From Macrostomum hystrix (taxonomy: Eukaryota > Animalia > Platyhelminthes), in NCBI GenBank assembly GCA_950097015.1, contig CATNEN010000025.1, positions 6,262,001-6,326,000 on the forward strand: a stretch of DNA of 64,000 nucleotides. Direction: 5' to 3'. The notes under the pieces are model-generated. The model did not search any database, was not told the DNA's origin, and saw only the letters and a list, made by a program, of their open reading frames with translations. Both the position numbers and the translations under genes were made by a program. Every line of letters begins with the position of its first letter. Within the stretch, counting starts at the first letter, position 1. Shown in pieces: positions 50,277 to 61,367 of this stretch.

Positions 50277-50487
50277 AGGTCGGGGGTTCGATTTCCGACA
50301 CTACTGGAACTATTTATGGCCTTAAGCAAGACAATTAAAAACCATGGATTGCTTCAGTTCACCCAGCTATTAAATGGGTATCAGCATTAGCTGGGCTGAT
50401 AGAGAGATGATCTCCCCTGTCCATGGACTGAACAGCCGTACGCAGCCTTTAAATAGCTGCGGCTGTGCTGTCGGCCGGACATCTCAC
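50277..50487 (+). mobile_element. SINE family 1 copy
   Basis: B-box GGTTCGATTTCC, AAGCAAGACA, CTTCAGTTCACCCAGCTATTAAATGGGTA, and body ACAGCCGTACGCAGCC. Confidence 0.8.
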
Positions 50488-51099
50488 ATCAGTACCATTA
50501 GTTTCACACGAATCTTATTTATTTCAAATGTTTTCAGCTATTTTATAATTAGTACTACCGACTACAGTTCAGAAAACAATGAACACTTACCCGAAGTAAA
50601 CAGATCTCAAAAATCGTAATCGGATATTATTCTGGCAATCGAAATTAGTCAAAAAAAAGTTACTTGTTATTGACAACAGCCCTAAATAGATGCAGGGTAG
50701 CAATAGATAGCAATGGAGGGCAGCTATTTATATCTATCTATATCTATATATATGCGAGGGCATGCATACAGAATGTATAGAGAATGTACAGCCCTATAGT
50801 AAAGTGTCCCAGAGCGTACACTATTATACACCCTTAGCACGTACGAACCAGTTCGTGATACAGGACTGGCGCAGAAACGCCACCCGAACAGTGTGCTGCT
50901 ATCTTTGCCCAGCAACCAGTTAAGACCAATTCCCGCTCTGTGGCCGCCCTATCAAGCATTGAATGCATGCGCTTTGTCTGTCCAACCTAACCACCCACCC
51001 TTCACCCTTCACTTTCCTCTGTCCGTTGGGGGTGTACGACGAGGTCCCGGAAAGTTTATGAAGTAGCTGTTTGAACAAGAACTGACTGCTGCCTTCGAC

Positions 51100-52010
51100 T
51101 GCCTCTGCCATCCTCCTCATCTGCTTCTGAGATCTTCACCATCTCCCTCTGCCTCCCTCATCTCTCTCAGCCTTCCTCATCTCCCTCTGCCTTTCTCATC
51201 TCCATCATCTACCTCTGCCTCATCTTCCCTCAGCCTCCCTCATCTCTACCTGCCTCCCTTCTTCTCTACCTGCCTCCCTTCTTCTCTACCTGCCTCCCTT
51301 CTTCTCTCCCTGCCTCCCTTCTTCTCTCCCTGCCTCCCTTCTTCTCTCCCTGCCTCCCTTCTTCTCTCCCTGCCTCCCTTCTTCTCTCCCTGCCTCCCTT
51401 CTTCTCTACCTGCCTCCCTTCTTATCTCCCTGTCTCCCTTCTTCTCTCCCTGCCTCCCTTCTTCTCTCCCTGCCTCCCTTCTTCTCTACCTGCCTCCCTT
51501 CTTCTCTCCCTGTCTCCCTTGATCTTTCTACTCCTGCCTCCCTTCTTCTCTACCTGCCTCCCTTCTTATCTCCCTGTCTCCCTTCTTCTCTACCTGCCTC
51601 CCTTCTTCTCTCCCTGTCTCCCTTGATCTTTCTACTCCTGCCTCCCTTCTTCTCTCCCTGCCTCCCTTCTTCTCTCCCTGCCTCCCTTCTTCTCTACCTG
51701 CCTCCCTTCTTCTCTCCCTGTCTCCCTTGATCTTTCTACTCCTGCCTCCCTTCTTCTCTCCCTGCCTCCCTTCTTATCTCCCTGTCTCCCTTCTTCTCTA
51801 CCTGCCTCCCTTCTTCTCTCCCTGTCTCCCTTGATCTTTCTACTCCTGCCTCCCTTCTTATCTCCCTGTCTCCCTTCTTCTCTACCTGCCTCCCTTCTTC
51901 TCTACCTGCCTCCCTTCTTCTATACCTGCCCCCCTTCTTCTGTCCCTGCCCCCCCTTCTTCTGTCCCTGCCCACCTCATCTCCCCTGCTCCCTCATCTCC
52001 CTCGCTCATC
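51100..52010. repeat. Second pyrimidine array of the same 20-bp family
   Basis: Same unit as 49290-49730. Confidence 0.94.
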
Positions 52011-52469
52011 CCTCTTTCAAAGCGAGCCAGCCCATGCAACTTATAATTTATCTATGCAGGCACGCTCTAGCTTAATAAATTGTTGGTTTAAAATAAGAAA
52101 ACAATAGAATATTTAAATAGAAACCTTTAATATAATTTATTTCGACTAAGAACTACATTTGTGAGAAATTCTTTTTGTTAAATATTCAATTAGAATAACA
52201 GGATTTTAACAAAATCTCATGATTAAAATCAAAAAGGAAAATTTCTGCTTCTATGCAGGTAGATTAACAATTATTCAAAAAGTAGAAAAGCTGTTAACAA
52301 AACAACAGCTGCTTTTGTTCTGACTGTTTGCTTCCAAAAAAGCTCGGCGCAAATAAAAAGGCAGGAACAGAATAGGTCATTCTAAGAAAACTAAGCGATG
52401 AGCAAGCAACAAATGACTGCATCCTATGATGTCATATGTCACCTGAAACACCAAACCACAATAGTAAGA

Positions 52470-53470
52470 TCATTACACACTCTGGGTCATTCAGTGCTTC
52501 TGTAATTACACACACAGGGTCATTCAGTGCTTCTGTAATTACACACACAGGGTCATTCAGTGCTTCTGTAATTACACACACAGGGTCATTCAGTGCTTCT
52601 GTCATTACACACACAGGGTCATTCAGTGCTTCTGTCATTACACACCCTGGGTCATTCAGTGCTTCTGTCATTACACACACTGGGTCATTCAGTGCTTCTG
52701 TCATTACACACCCTGGGTCATTCAGTGCTTCTGTCATTACACACACAGGGTCATTCAGTGCTTCTGTCATTACACACACAGGGTCATTCAGTGCTTCTGT
52801 CATTACACACACTGGGTCATTTAGTGCTTCTGTCATTACACACACTGGGTCATTCAGTGCTTCTGTCATTACACACACTGGGTCATTTAGTGCTTCTGTC
52901 ATTACACACTGGGTCATTCAGTGCTTCTGTCATTACACACCCTGGGTCATTCAGTGCTTCTGTCATTACACACACTGGGTCATTCAGTGCTTCTGTCATT
53001 ACACACACTGGGTCATTCAGTGCTTCTGTCATTACACACCCTGGGTCATTCAGTGCTTCTGTCATTACACACCCTGGGTCATTCAGTGCTTCTGTCATTA
53101 CACACCCTGGGTCATTCAGTGCTTCTGTCATTACACACCCTGGGTCATTCAGTGCTTCTGTCATTACACACACTGGGTCATTCAGTGCTTCTGTCATTAC
53201 ACACCCTGGGTCATTCAGTGCTTCTGTCATTACACACACAGGGTCATTCAGTGCTTCTGTCATTACACACCCTGGGTCATTCAGTGCTTCTGTCATTACA
53301 CACACAGGGTCATTCAGTGCTTCTGTCATTACACACACAGGGTCATTCAGTGCTTCTGTCATTACACACACAGGGTCATTCAGTGCTTCTGTCATTACAC
53401 ACCCTGGGTCATTCAGTGCTTCTGTCATTACACACACTGGGTCATTCAGTGCTTCTGTCATTACACACAC
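52470..53470. repeat. Minisatellite, 33-bp unit GGGTCATTCAGTGCTTCTGTCATTACACAC(A/C)C(A/T)
   Basis: About 30 tandem units, intergenic. Confidence 0.97.
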
Positions 53471-53904
53471 AGTGTAAAATTTTTTTGTAAAAATCCAAAA
53501 ACAAAAGTCAAATGAAAACTTTGATGAGAAAGGAAGATCTTTGAGTAAAAAGTAAGTACATATTACACCTATGACACCTGTAAAATTTAGCAAATTAAAA
53601 GCAATTCAAGGGCACAAAAATAACAGTACATAACAAACTTAGCTGTGGCACTTAAGAAACCAAAAATTGTAAACTTTGCAACAATAATTAATGAAAAAGA
53701 AATCTGAAAATAGGCACAACCATATCCGCATAGAGACTAATAGCGAGTGTACTATCAAGCAAATACACGTGAACCTTCTTTCCAATAAAATTGTAAGTAA
53801 AGAATACATAAAGAGGCTTGGAAGGTAGAATTCGGTGATTCTACTGTAAGTAGGCTAATTAGCATTTTCGCACCTATATTCGCTTGACAAATGTGCATTA
53901 TTAG

Positions 53905-56900
53905 TTACTCATCAACCAGCAGAACGCCTTCCGGCGGATTAGCCAAGTTAATATCGTCGAGGCCTTCGCCGGCGTAGCTTATCAACGGCGACACTTCGGC
54001 GAGGCGAGGCCTATTTTGAAGAGATTCGCCGGTCATACGGCGTAGCCAGGAGGCGTGCAGCTCCAGCACGTGACGCCGGCAGGTCTCCGGACAGTCCGAC
54101 CCGGCGCCTGGCGCATTTTTCAACGGCGAGAACTCCTCGGAGCGGCTGGCTTCCCACAGGGCGAAGCTGGGCCCGGCCGCTGGGAATACGTCGAATACGA
54201 ACTTCTCAAATTTTATGCCATTCTCAGTTGGAGGATTGTCCACCTGGCGGAATGGGATTCGAATATTGAGTCCATAGCAACCGATTCCTGGACCAGGGCA
54301 GTTTTTTATTTATCATAGGGGTTGTGGCCTAGTGGTTAGAGCGTCGGACAAATGATTTGTAGGTCAGGGGTTGTCATCACTGACTATGACAACGATCTGT
54401 ATTGCCCATAGCAACCATCACTACTGACTATGGCTACGATCTGTATTGTCCATAGCAACCATAATCACTGACTATGGCTACGATCTGTATTGCCCATAGC
54501 AACCATCACTACTGACTATGGCTACGATCTGTATTGTCCATAGCAACCATAATCACTGACTATGGCAACGATCTGTATTGTCCATAGCAACCATCACTAC
54601 TGACCATGACAACGATCTGTATTGTCCATAGCAACCATCACTACTGACTATGGCTACGATCTGTATTGTCCATAGCAACCATAATCACTGACTATGGCAA
54701 CGATCTGTATTGTCCATAGCAACCATCACTACTGACCATGACAACGATCTGTATTGTCCATAGCAACCATCACTACTGACTATGGCTACGATCTGTATTG
54801 TCCATAGCAACCATAATCACTGACTATGGCAACGATCTGTATTGTCCATAGCAACCATCACTACTGACCATGACAACGATCTGTATTGTCCATAGCAACC
54901 ATCACTACTGACTATGGCTACGATCTGTATTGTCCATAGCAACCATAATCACTGACTATGGCAACGATCTGTATTGTCCATAGCAACCATCACTACTGAC
55001 TATGGCTACGATCTGTATTGTCCATAGCAACCATAATCACTGACTATGGCAACGATCTGTATTATCCATAGCAACCATCACTACTGACCATGATAACGAT
55101 CTGTATTGTCCATAGCTACAATCTTTGCTGACAAAAGAAAACATTGTTAACTGAAAAAACGCAATTTTATTGCACTTTTAGAAACAAGCAATTTTCGAAT
55201 CCCGCTCACCATTCGGCCAGTCTCTGGGTCCCAGTAGGGCACTTTCTTCCTAGCTGCATGATAGGGCAACAATCTGGACTCATTCTCAGCCTGACAGACA
55301 GTCTCCAATGCGTCCAACGTCAGATAGTGCTGGCAGATGTTGGCGGCCCGCATCAGCAGACGCCGACCGTCGGGTTCCATGGCGGCCGCATCCTCTGGTC
55401 GCATCTCCGAGTACTCAACAACCCGATAGCCGCCCGACACTGTATCGGCAGCCACAACCCCGACTCGCTCCTCTGGTCGGGTGCGTTCGACAACTTTTGC
55501 TGCCATGGCAACGCGAGTCAACAGGCAATGTCCGATGAATAGGGGATCGGCTACACGAGTCAGGATGTTGTCGACGCCGAAAATCTGAAAAAATTGGGAT
55601 TTTGGAATAATCGACTAATAAAAAGGAGCTTAACTGGGGCTAGGGTCGACAACTAGCCTATATGTATCCAAAAATAGAACTTAAATCTTTCCCGCTGGGA
55701 CCTAAGTCCGACATTTTAAAGGTTGTTGGTCCATTTTCTGGCCGAATTTCATTAGACTTGAAGTTTCGAACCGAATTTCTACAACTTTAACACGAATTTC
55801 GCCAGACTGCTTGGTAGCTGAAAGTCGACTGAATGTCTGTCCCAAGGCCGACAGACTGCAGTTGGACGCGCACTGCTGTCCAGACTGCGAGGCGTGGTTT
55901 GCGGACTTATCCCCCGAGAGCTGTAAGACGACTTCAGGTGGCTGGAAAACATCGGAGCAATCAGCCTAAACCGGTCGATCGCGCGGTCGATCGCGCTTTC
56001 TGGGCAATCAGTATGCGAGAAACTCCTCCGGAAGCGCCTGTCGAGGCCATGCGACCTCTACCTCGCCGCAAGCATCCACTGTGTGACCTGCTTGGCCAGC
56101 GAAACCATTATAATTGTGTCTGTCCGTCGGACTGTCTGTCTAGACTCTAGACAGCTTTCTGTCAAGGACCTTATGTATTTATTTTCTCTCTGAAAAAGAC
56201 ATCAGCAAGCACAAGCGGAACTAGTGCAGCCAGTCTGGCCACTAGTGAAGCCAGGGAAGACGCCGACGATGCATAAATCGATTTTGTGCCATCCAATAAC
56301 TGATGTTTCCGTTTATGTGGTGTGTGTGCCTAGACATTCGGTGTTCGGAGCAAAGTGGTGGCGCCGAATTACGGGCGGGAGATCGGCTACACCTTAATTA
56401 GACGTGCACCAGTTACTAGACAAAGTCTATTTTAATGGTTGAAGCACAGTTGGCCCATATATATTTTCAAATTGCTCTTTACTCAAGCGACATTGTCAAT
56501 TATCTACATATATGAAAAATTCGCACCTCGAATAATGGTCTGTCTATTAAGTCGATTCTGTATATTTCAATTCTATACCCCTTAGTTATTACGATTTCTA
56601 CTTATAATGCTCTTGTGTACTACTTATAATGCTCTTCTACTCGTGTTCTACGTTCATCAGTTCTCGCTCTCAATGGGATAATAATAAATTTGGACCCCTG
56701 CACTTGGTCGAATTTTGTTCTGCGATCTGTTAAGCAGCCATGGCAGCGTCTTTACTTAGTTACTTCTTTCTCAATACGTGCAGGCTTTCTTATGACACGC
56801 TCATTCCTTATGACACGCTCATTCTTATGACTTTCGCTGTTGTCAAATTCCGTGCGACAGTCGTGAACATATTGGTCCGATAGATGCAGTTGAATTTCGG

Positions 56901-59525
56901 CGAAAGTCGGGCTGGCAATTTCGTGCGGAGGTCGTGAAGAAGTTGGTCCGATTGACACAGTTGAATGTCGATGAGAATCGGATGGATATACACCGGCTCA
57001 TTTCTCCACAAATGAAAGTCCAAGTTATTTCGGGTCAAAGTCGGAGTTGTCGTTACGGTTTTTTACAAAATCGATAAGTGGTCGACATTTACGGACCGAT
57101 TTTTCAATTTCTGTCTGACAAAAAACGATTAAAATTAGACGATGATGCATTTTCCACTGTTTTTCATCTTTTCTTGCTACTTTCTACCGACCAAAATCGA
57201 CCCGACGATACCAACGTTCCGAGAAGATGAAAATCGGGAATAAATCGACCCGATTTTCTGTTTCTTAGTGTCGGACCATTTAAAGAGGAAAGTCGGAGTT
57301 GGGTCCCAGCGGGAATTAAGATAGATATGATATATAATGAGGGATAAGTAAGACAGGGAATAGATAAGACATGGAATAGATAAGACAGGGAATAGATAAG
57401 ACAGGGAATAGATAAGACAGGGAATAGATAAGACAGGGAATAGATAAGACAGGGAATAGATAAGAGAGGGAATAGATAAGAGAGGGTATGGATAAGACAG
57501 GGAATATATAAGACAGGGAATAGATAAGAGAGGGAATAGATAAGAGAGGGAATAGATAAGAGAGGGAATGGATAAGACAGGGAATAGATAAGACAGGGAA
57601 TAGATAAGAGAGGGAATAGATAAGAGAGGGAATAGATAAGACAGGGAATAGATAAGAGAGGGAATGGATAAGACAGGGAATAGATAAGACAGGGAATAGA
57701 TAAGACAGGGAATAGATAAGAGAGGGAATAGATAAGACAGGGAATAGATAAGAGAGGGAATGGATAAGACAGGGAATAGATAAGACAGGGAATAGATAAG
57801 ACAGGGAATAGATAAGACAGGGAATAGATAAGACAGGGAATAGATAAGACAGGGAATAGATAAGAGAGGGAATAGATAAGACAAACGATGGATAAGAGAG
57901 GGAATAGATAAGACAGGGAATAGATAAGACAGGGAATAGATAAGAGAGGGAATAGATAAGAGAGGGAATGGATAAGACAGGGAATAGATAAGACAGGGAA
58001 TAGATAAGACAGGGAATAGATAAGACAGGGAATAGATAAGAGAGGGAATAGATAAGACAAACGATGGATAAGAGAGGGAATAGATAAGACAGGGAATAGA
58101 TAAGACAGGGAATAGATAAGACAGGGAATAGATAAGACAGGGAATAGATAAGAGAGGGAATAGATAAGACAGGGAATAGATAAGACAGGGAATAGATAAG
58201 ACAGGGAATAGATAAGACAGGGAATAGATAAGAGAGGGAATAGATAAGAGAGGGAATGGATAAGACAGGGAATAGATAAGACAGGGAATAGATAAGACAG
58301 GGAATAGATAAGACAGGGAATAGATAAGACAGGGAATAGATAAGACAGGGAATAGATAAGACAGGGAATAGATAAGACAGGGAATAGATAAGACAGTGAA
58401 TAGATAAGAGTGAAATAGATAAGACAGGGAATATACGAGTAGACCGAAGAAAGGTTAGACGCGCAGGGAGAACATAGATAAGGGGATTGATAAAAAGTAA
58501 AAACAAACCTGCACGCAGGCCAATCCGCGGCGCCTCATATCGGCCAGAGCGCCTGAGTCGCGCAGCGCCCTGTACAGGCCTCCGTTGCCATCCGGACTAG
58601 TCTGCACCGAGTCTGGACCGGACATCAGCGCAAGGCCTTTTGCGTCTACGCATGGCACGGAGCCTTGCTCAAAGAATCTAACGCAGTCTGGCCGAAGGCC
58701 GAAGCAGCCGGCGCTGCGGAACACAGCTTCCGTAGCAGGGCCCGTGCTGTCTGACGTCATCACGTACCAGGCTAAGCGGCCAGGCCCGCCTCCGGCGATG
58801 GCTTCAATGCGTAGCGCCTTCTCGGCGTGCAATTGGAATAGCGACTTGCCGCTGGGCAGCCCGACATTGTAGGCACCTTTGGGACCGCTGGCTCCCAGGC
58901 GGGTGGCCTGCAACGATTCGAACACATGGTACGCCACGATTCTAAATAATCTATCACCGACTGGTGTCTCACCTGCCCCCTAACTGGTGTCTCACCTGTC
59001 CCCTAACTGGTGTCTCACCTGTCCCCTAACTGGTGCCTCACCTGCCCCCTAACTGGTGTCTCACCTGTCCCCTAACTGGTGTCTCACCTGTCCCCTAACT
59101 GGTGCCTCACCTGCCCCCTAACTGGTGTCTCACCTGTCCCCAAACTGGTGTCTCACCTGTCCACCGGCAACCAGCACCAGTCCGACACGGCCCTCGGCCA
59201 CGGCAGCCAATCCGGCGGCGCGCAGCTCGGAGTCGCGGAGGCCGCCATCAGGACCGGCGCACACCGAGGCCGGAGGTGCGGCGTAGCCTTCGCCAAGGCG
59301 CGGAGATTGGCCGGACATGACGTCACGAACCGCGACTGCCAGTCCAGGCCAGTCGATGTGCTCCAGCTGACGTAGAAGCCGCTGGCGCTGTTCGCCTTTG
59401 AGGCTAGTCCAGCTATTCAGCACGTGCAGCTGTCCGGCTTCAGTCAGTTGACGACGAACTCGCTCAAGCCTGGCTTCCTCGGAGGAGGAACAATCGGCGA
59501 TTGCTGTTGCCGCTGCTGCCGACAT
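53905..59525 (-). CDS. UAP1: UDP-N-acetylglucosamine pyrophosphorylase, 4 exons, about 493 aa
   Basis: Exons 59525-59157, 58907-58509, 55584-55210 and 54243-53905, all phase 0. Motifs AGGQ|ATRLG...PKG, SPDGNGG, GVDNIL...ADPLFIG, VEYSE, ANICQH, YHAARKKVPY, NGIKFEKFVFDVF, EEFSPLKNA, EVSPLISYAGEGL. Confidence 0.96.
54315..54372 (+). mobile_element. SINE family 1 head fragment truncated at the B-box
   Basis: GGGGTTGTGGCCTAGTGGTTAGAGCGTCGGAC...GGTCAGGGGTT, followed directly by the 44-bp array. Confidence 0.7.
54373..55115. repeat. Intronic minisatellite, 44-bp unit GACTATGGC(T/A)ACGATCTGTATTGTCCATAGCAACCAT(AATC/CACT)ACT
   Basis: UAP1 intron 3. Confidence 0.96.
55691..57313. mobile_element. Putative non-autonomous TIR DNA element, about 1.6 kb
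   Basis: CCCGCTGGGACCTAAGTCCGAC (55691) versus GTCGGAGTTGGGTCCCAGCGGG (ending 57313): 20/22 inverted match. Sub-terminal repeated motifs (GTCGGA/TCCGAC, TCGACC) and internal tandem duplications. No TSD or transposase found. Confidence 0.5.
57330..58430. repeat. Intronic minisatellite, 16-bp unit GGGAATAGATAAGA(C/G)A
   Basis: UAP1 intron 2. Confidence 0.97.
58960..59162. repeat. Intronic minisatellite, 23-bp unit TAACTGGTGTCTCACCTG(T/C)CCCC, overlapping the exon 1 donor
   Basis: UAP1 intron 1; about 8-9 units. Confidence 0.95.
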
Positions 59526-59639
59526 AATCGCTTTGTTGGCGTTGAAGAGCAATGAAGAAATAGTTAATATTGTTTTTTCAGTCGCTCTTATATAAATATA
59601 ATAGTATTTAACATTTAATAGACAACCCTGCATCGGCCG

Positions 59640-60755
59640 GGTCTCCAGTTATGAGGTGGTGGGTCTCCAGTGATGAGGTGGTGGGTGCCCAGTGATGAGG
59701 TGGTGGGTGCCCAGTGATGAGGTGGTGGGTCTCCAGTTATGAGGTGGTGGGTCTCCAGTGATGAGGTGGTGGGTGCCCAGTGATGAGGTGGTGGGTGCCC
59801 AGTTATGAGGTGGTGGGTGCCCAGTGATGAGGTGGTGGGTGTCCAGTGATGAGGTGGTGGGTCTCCAGTGATGAGGTGGTGGGTCTCCAGTGATGAGGTG
59901 GTGGGTCTCCAGTGATGAGGTGGTGGGTCTCCAGTGATGAGGTGGTGGGTCTCCAGTGATGAGGTGGTTGGTGCCCAGTGATGAGGTGGTGGGTCTCCAG
60001 TTATGAGGTGGTGGGTCTCCAGTGATGAGGTGGTGGGTGCCCAGTGATGAGGTGGTGGGTCTCCAGTTATGAGGTGGTGGGTCTCCAGTGATGAGGTGGT
60101 GGGTCTCCAGTGATGAGGTGGTGGGTGCCCAGTTATGAGGTGGTGGGTGCCCAGTTATGAGGTGGTGGGTGCCCAGTTATGAGGTGGTGGGTCTCCAGTG
60201 ATGAGGTGGTGGGTCTCCAGTGATGAGGTGGTGGGTGCCCAGTTATGAGGTGGTGGGTGCCCAGTTATGAGGTGGTGGGTGCCCAGTTATGAGGTGGTGG
60301 GTCTCCAGTGATGAGGTGGTGGGTCTCCAGTGATGAGGTGGTGGGTGCCCAGTGATGAGGTGGTGGGTGCCCAGTTATGAGGTGGTGGGTGCCCAGTTAT
60401 GAGGTGGTGGGTGCCCAGTTATGAGGTGGTGGGTGCCCAGTTATGAGGTGGTGGGTCTCCAGTGATGAGGTGGTGGGTGCCCAGTGATGAGGTGGTGGGT
60501 CTCCAGTTATGAGGTGGTGGGTGCCCAGTTATGAGGTGGTGGGTCTCCAGTGATGAGGTGGTGGGTGCCCAGTGATGAGGTGGTGGGTCTCCAGTGATGA
60601 GGTGGTGGGTGCCCAGTTATGAGGTGGTGGGTGCCCAGTTATGAGGTGGTGGGTGCCCAGTTATGAGGTGGTGGGTGCCCAGTTATGAGGTGGTGGGTGC
60701 CCAGTGATGACGTGTTGTGTGCCCAGTGATGAGGTGGTCTCCAGTGATGAGGTGG
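59640..60755. repeat. G-rich minisatellite, 22-bp unit CCAGT(G/T)ATGAGGTGGTGGGT(CT/GC)
   Basis: About 50 units between the DnaJ gene and UAP1. Confidence 0.97.
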
Positions 60756-61084
60756 GGGTGGGCTGTTTTGTGATAGATCTTATCTCTTTGTTACATTTTT
60801 AGAAAAAAAAAGTCATTAACAAAATTTTAATTTCGTTCACTGTAGCAGACTACTGTATACGCTCTTATTATTAGACATTTATAATTAATTAATCAACAGT
60901 TTAATGCAATTAGCGGCGAAAACTCTTCGGTTAAACAAATTTAAATTACATAGAAACATCTCATTTTCAAAACTACAACATTGAAAGTTAGGAAGGCGAA
61001 ATCTATATTAGGCCCTTGAATGGGCCAGTAAATGCAATGATAAATTAATGATTATTTAAATAGTTTTGATAATTGGTTACACCA

Positions 61085-61266
61085 GGTGTGCTGCCGACAG
61101 AACAGCCGCAGCTAATTCTGGTACCCATTAAACAGCCAGGTGAAATGAAGCCACGCATAGTTAGGTGTCTTACTTAAGAACAGAAAATGTTCCCGTGGAG
61201 TCGGGAATCGAACCCCTGACCTTCAATTCGTTAGTCCGACGCTCTAACCACTTGGCTACAACTCCC
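61085..61266 (-). mobile_element. SINE family 1 copy, internally deleted
   Basis: Best-preserved head: GGAGTTGTAGCCAAGTGGTTAGAGCGTCGGAC...GGGGTTCGATTCCCGACTCC, followed by core and tail pieces. Confidence 0.82.
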
Positions 61267-61367
61267 AAATTGGTTATTAGTAAAGGTCTAGTTTAAAGAA
61301 TAAAAATGACACAGAAACTGACAAGTTCTTCGATCGTAAAAGGTACTCGTAGTCTTATTTATTAAAT

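Noticed and set aside
50740-51110. GC-balanced unique segment between pyrimidine arrays, possible exon or ncRNA
   Set aside because: No recognisable protein motif, RNA family or splice-consistent frame.
61195-61266. tRNA gene (and similar heads at 13590, 32390, 38010, 54315, 62310)
   Set aside because: D and anticodon stems pair poorly, and each head continues into a shared SINE body.
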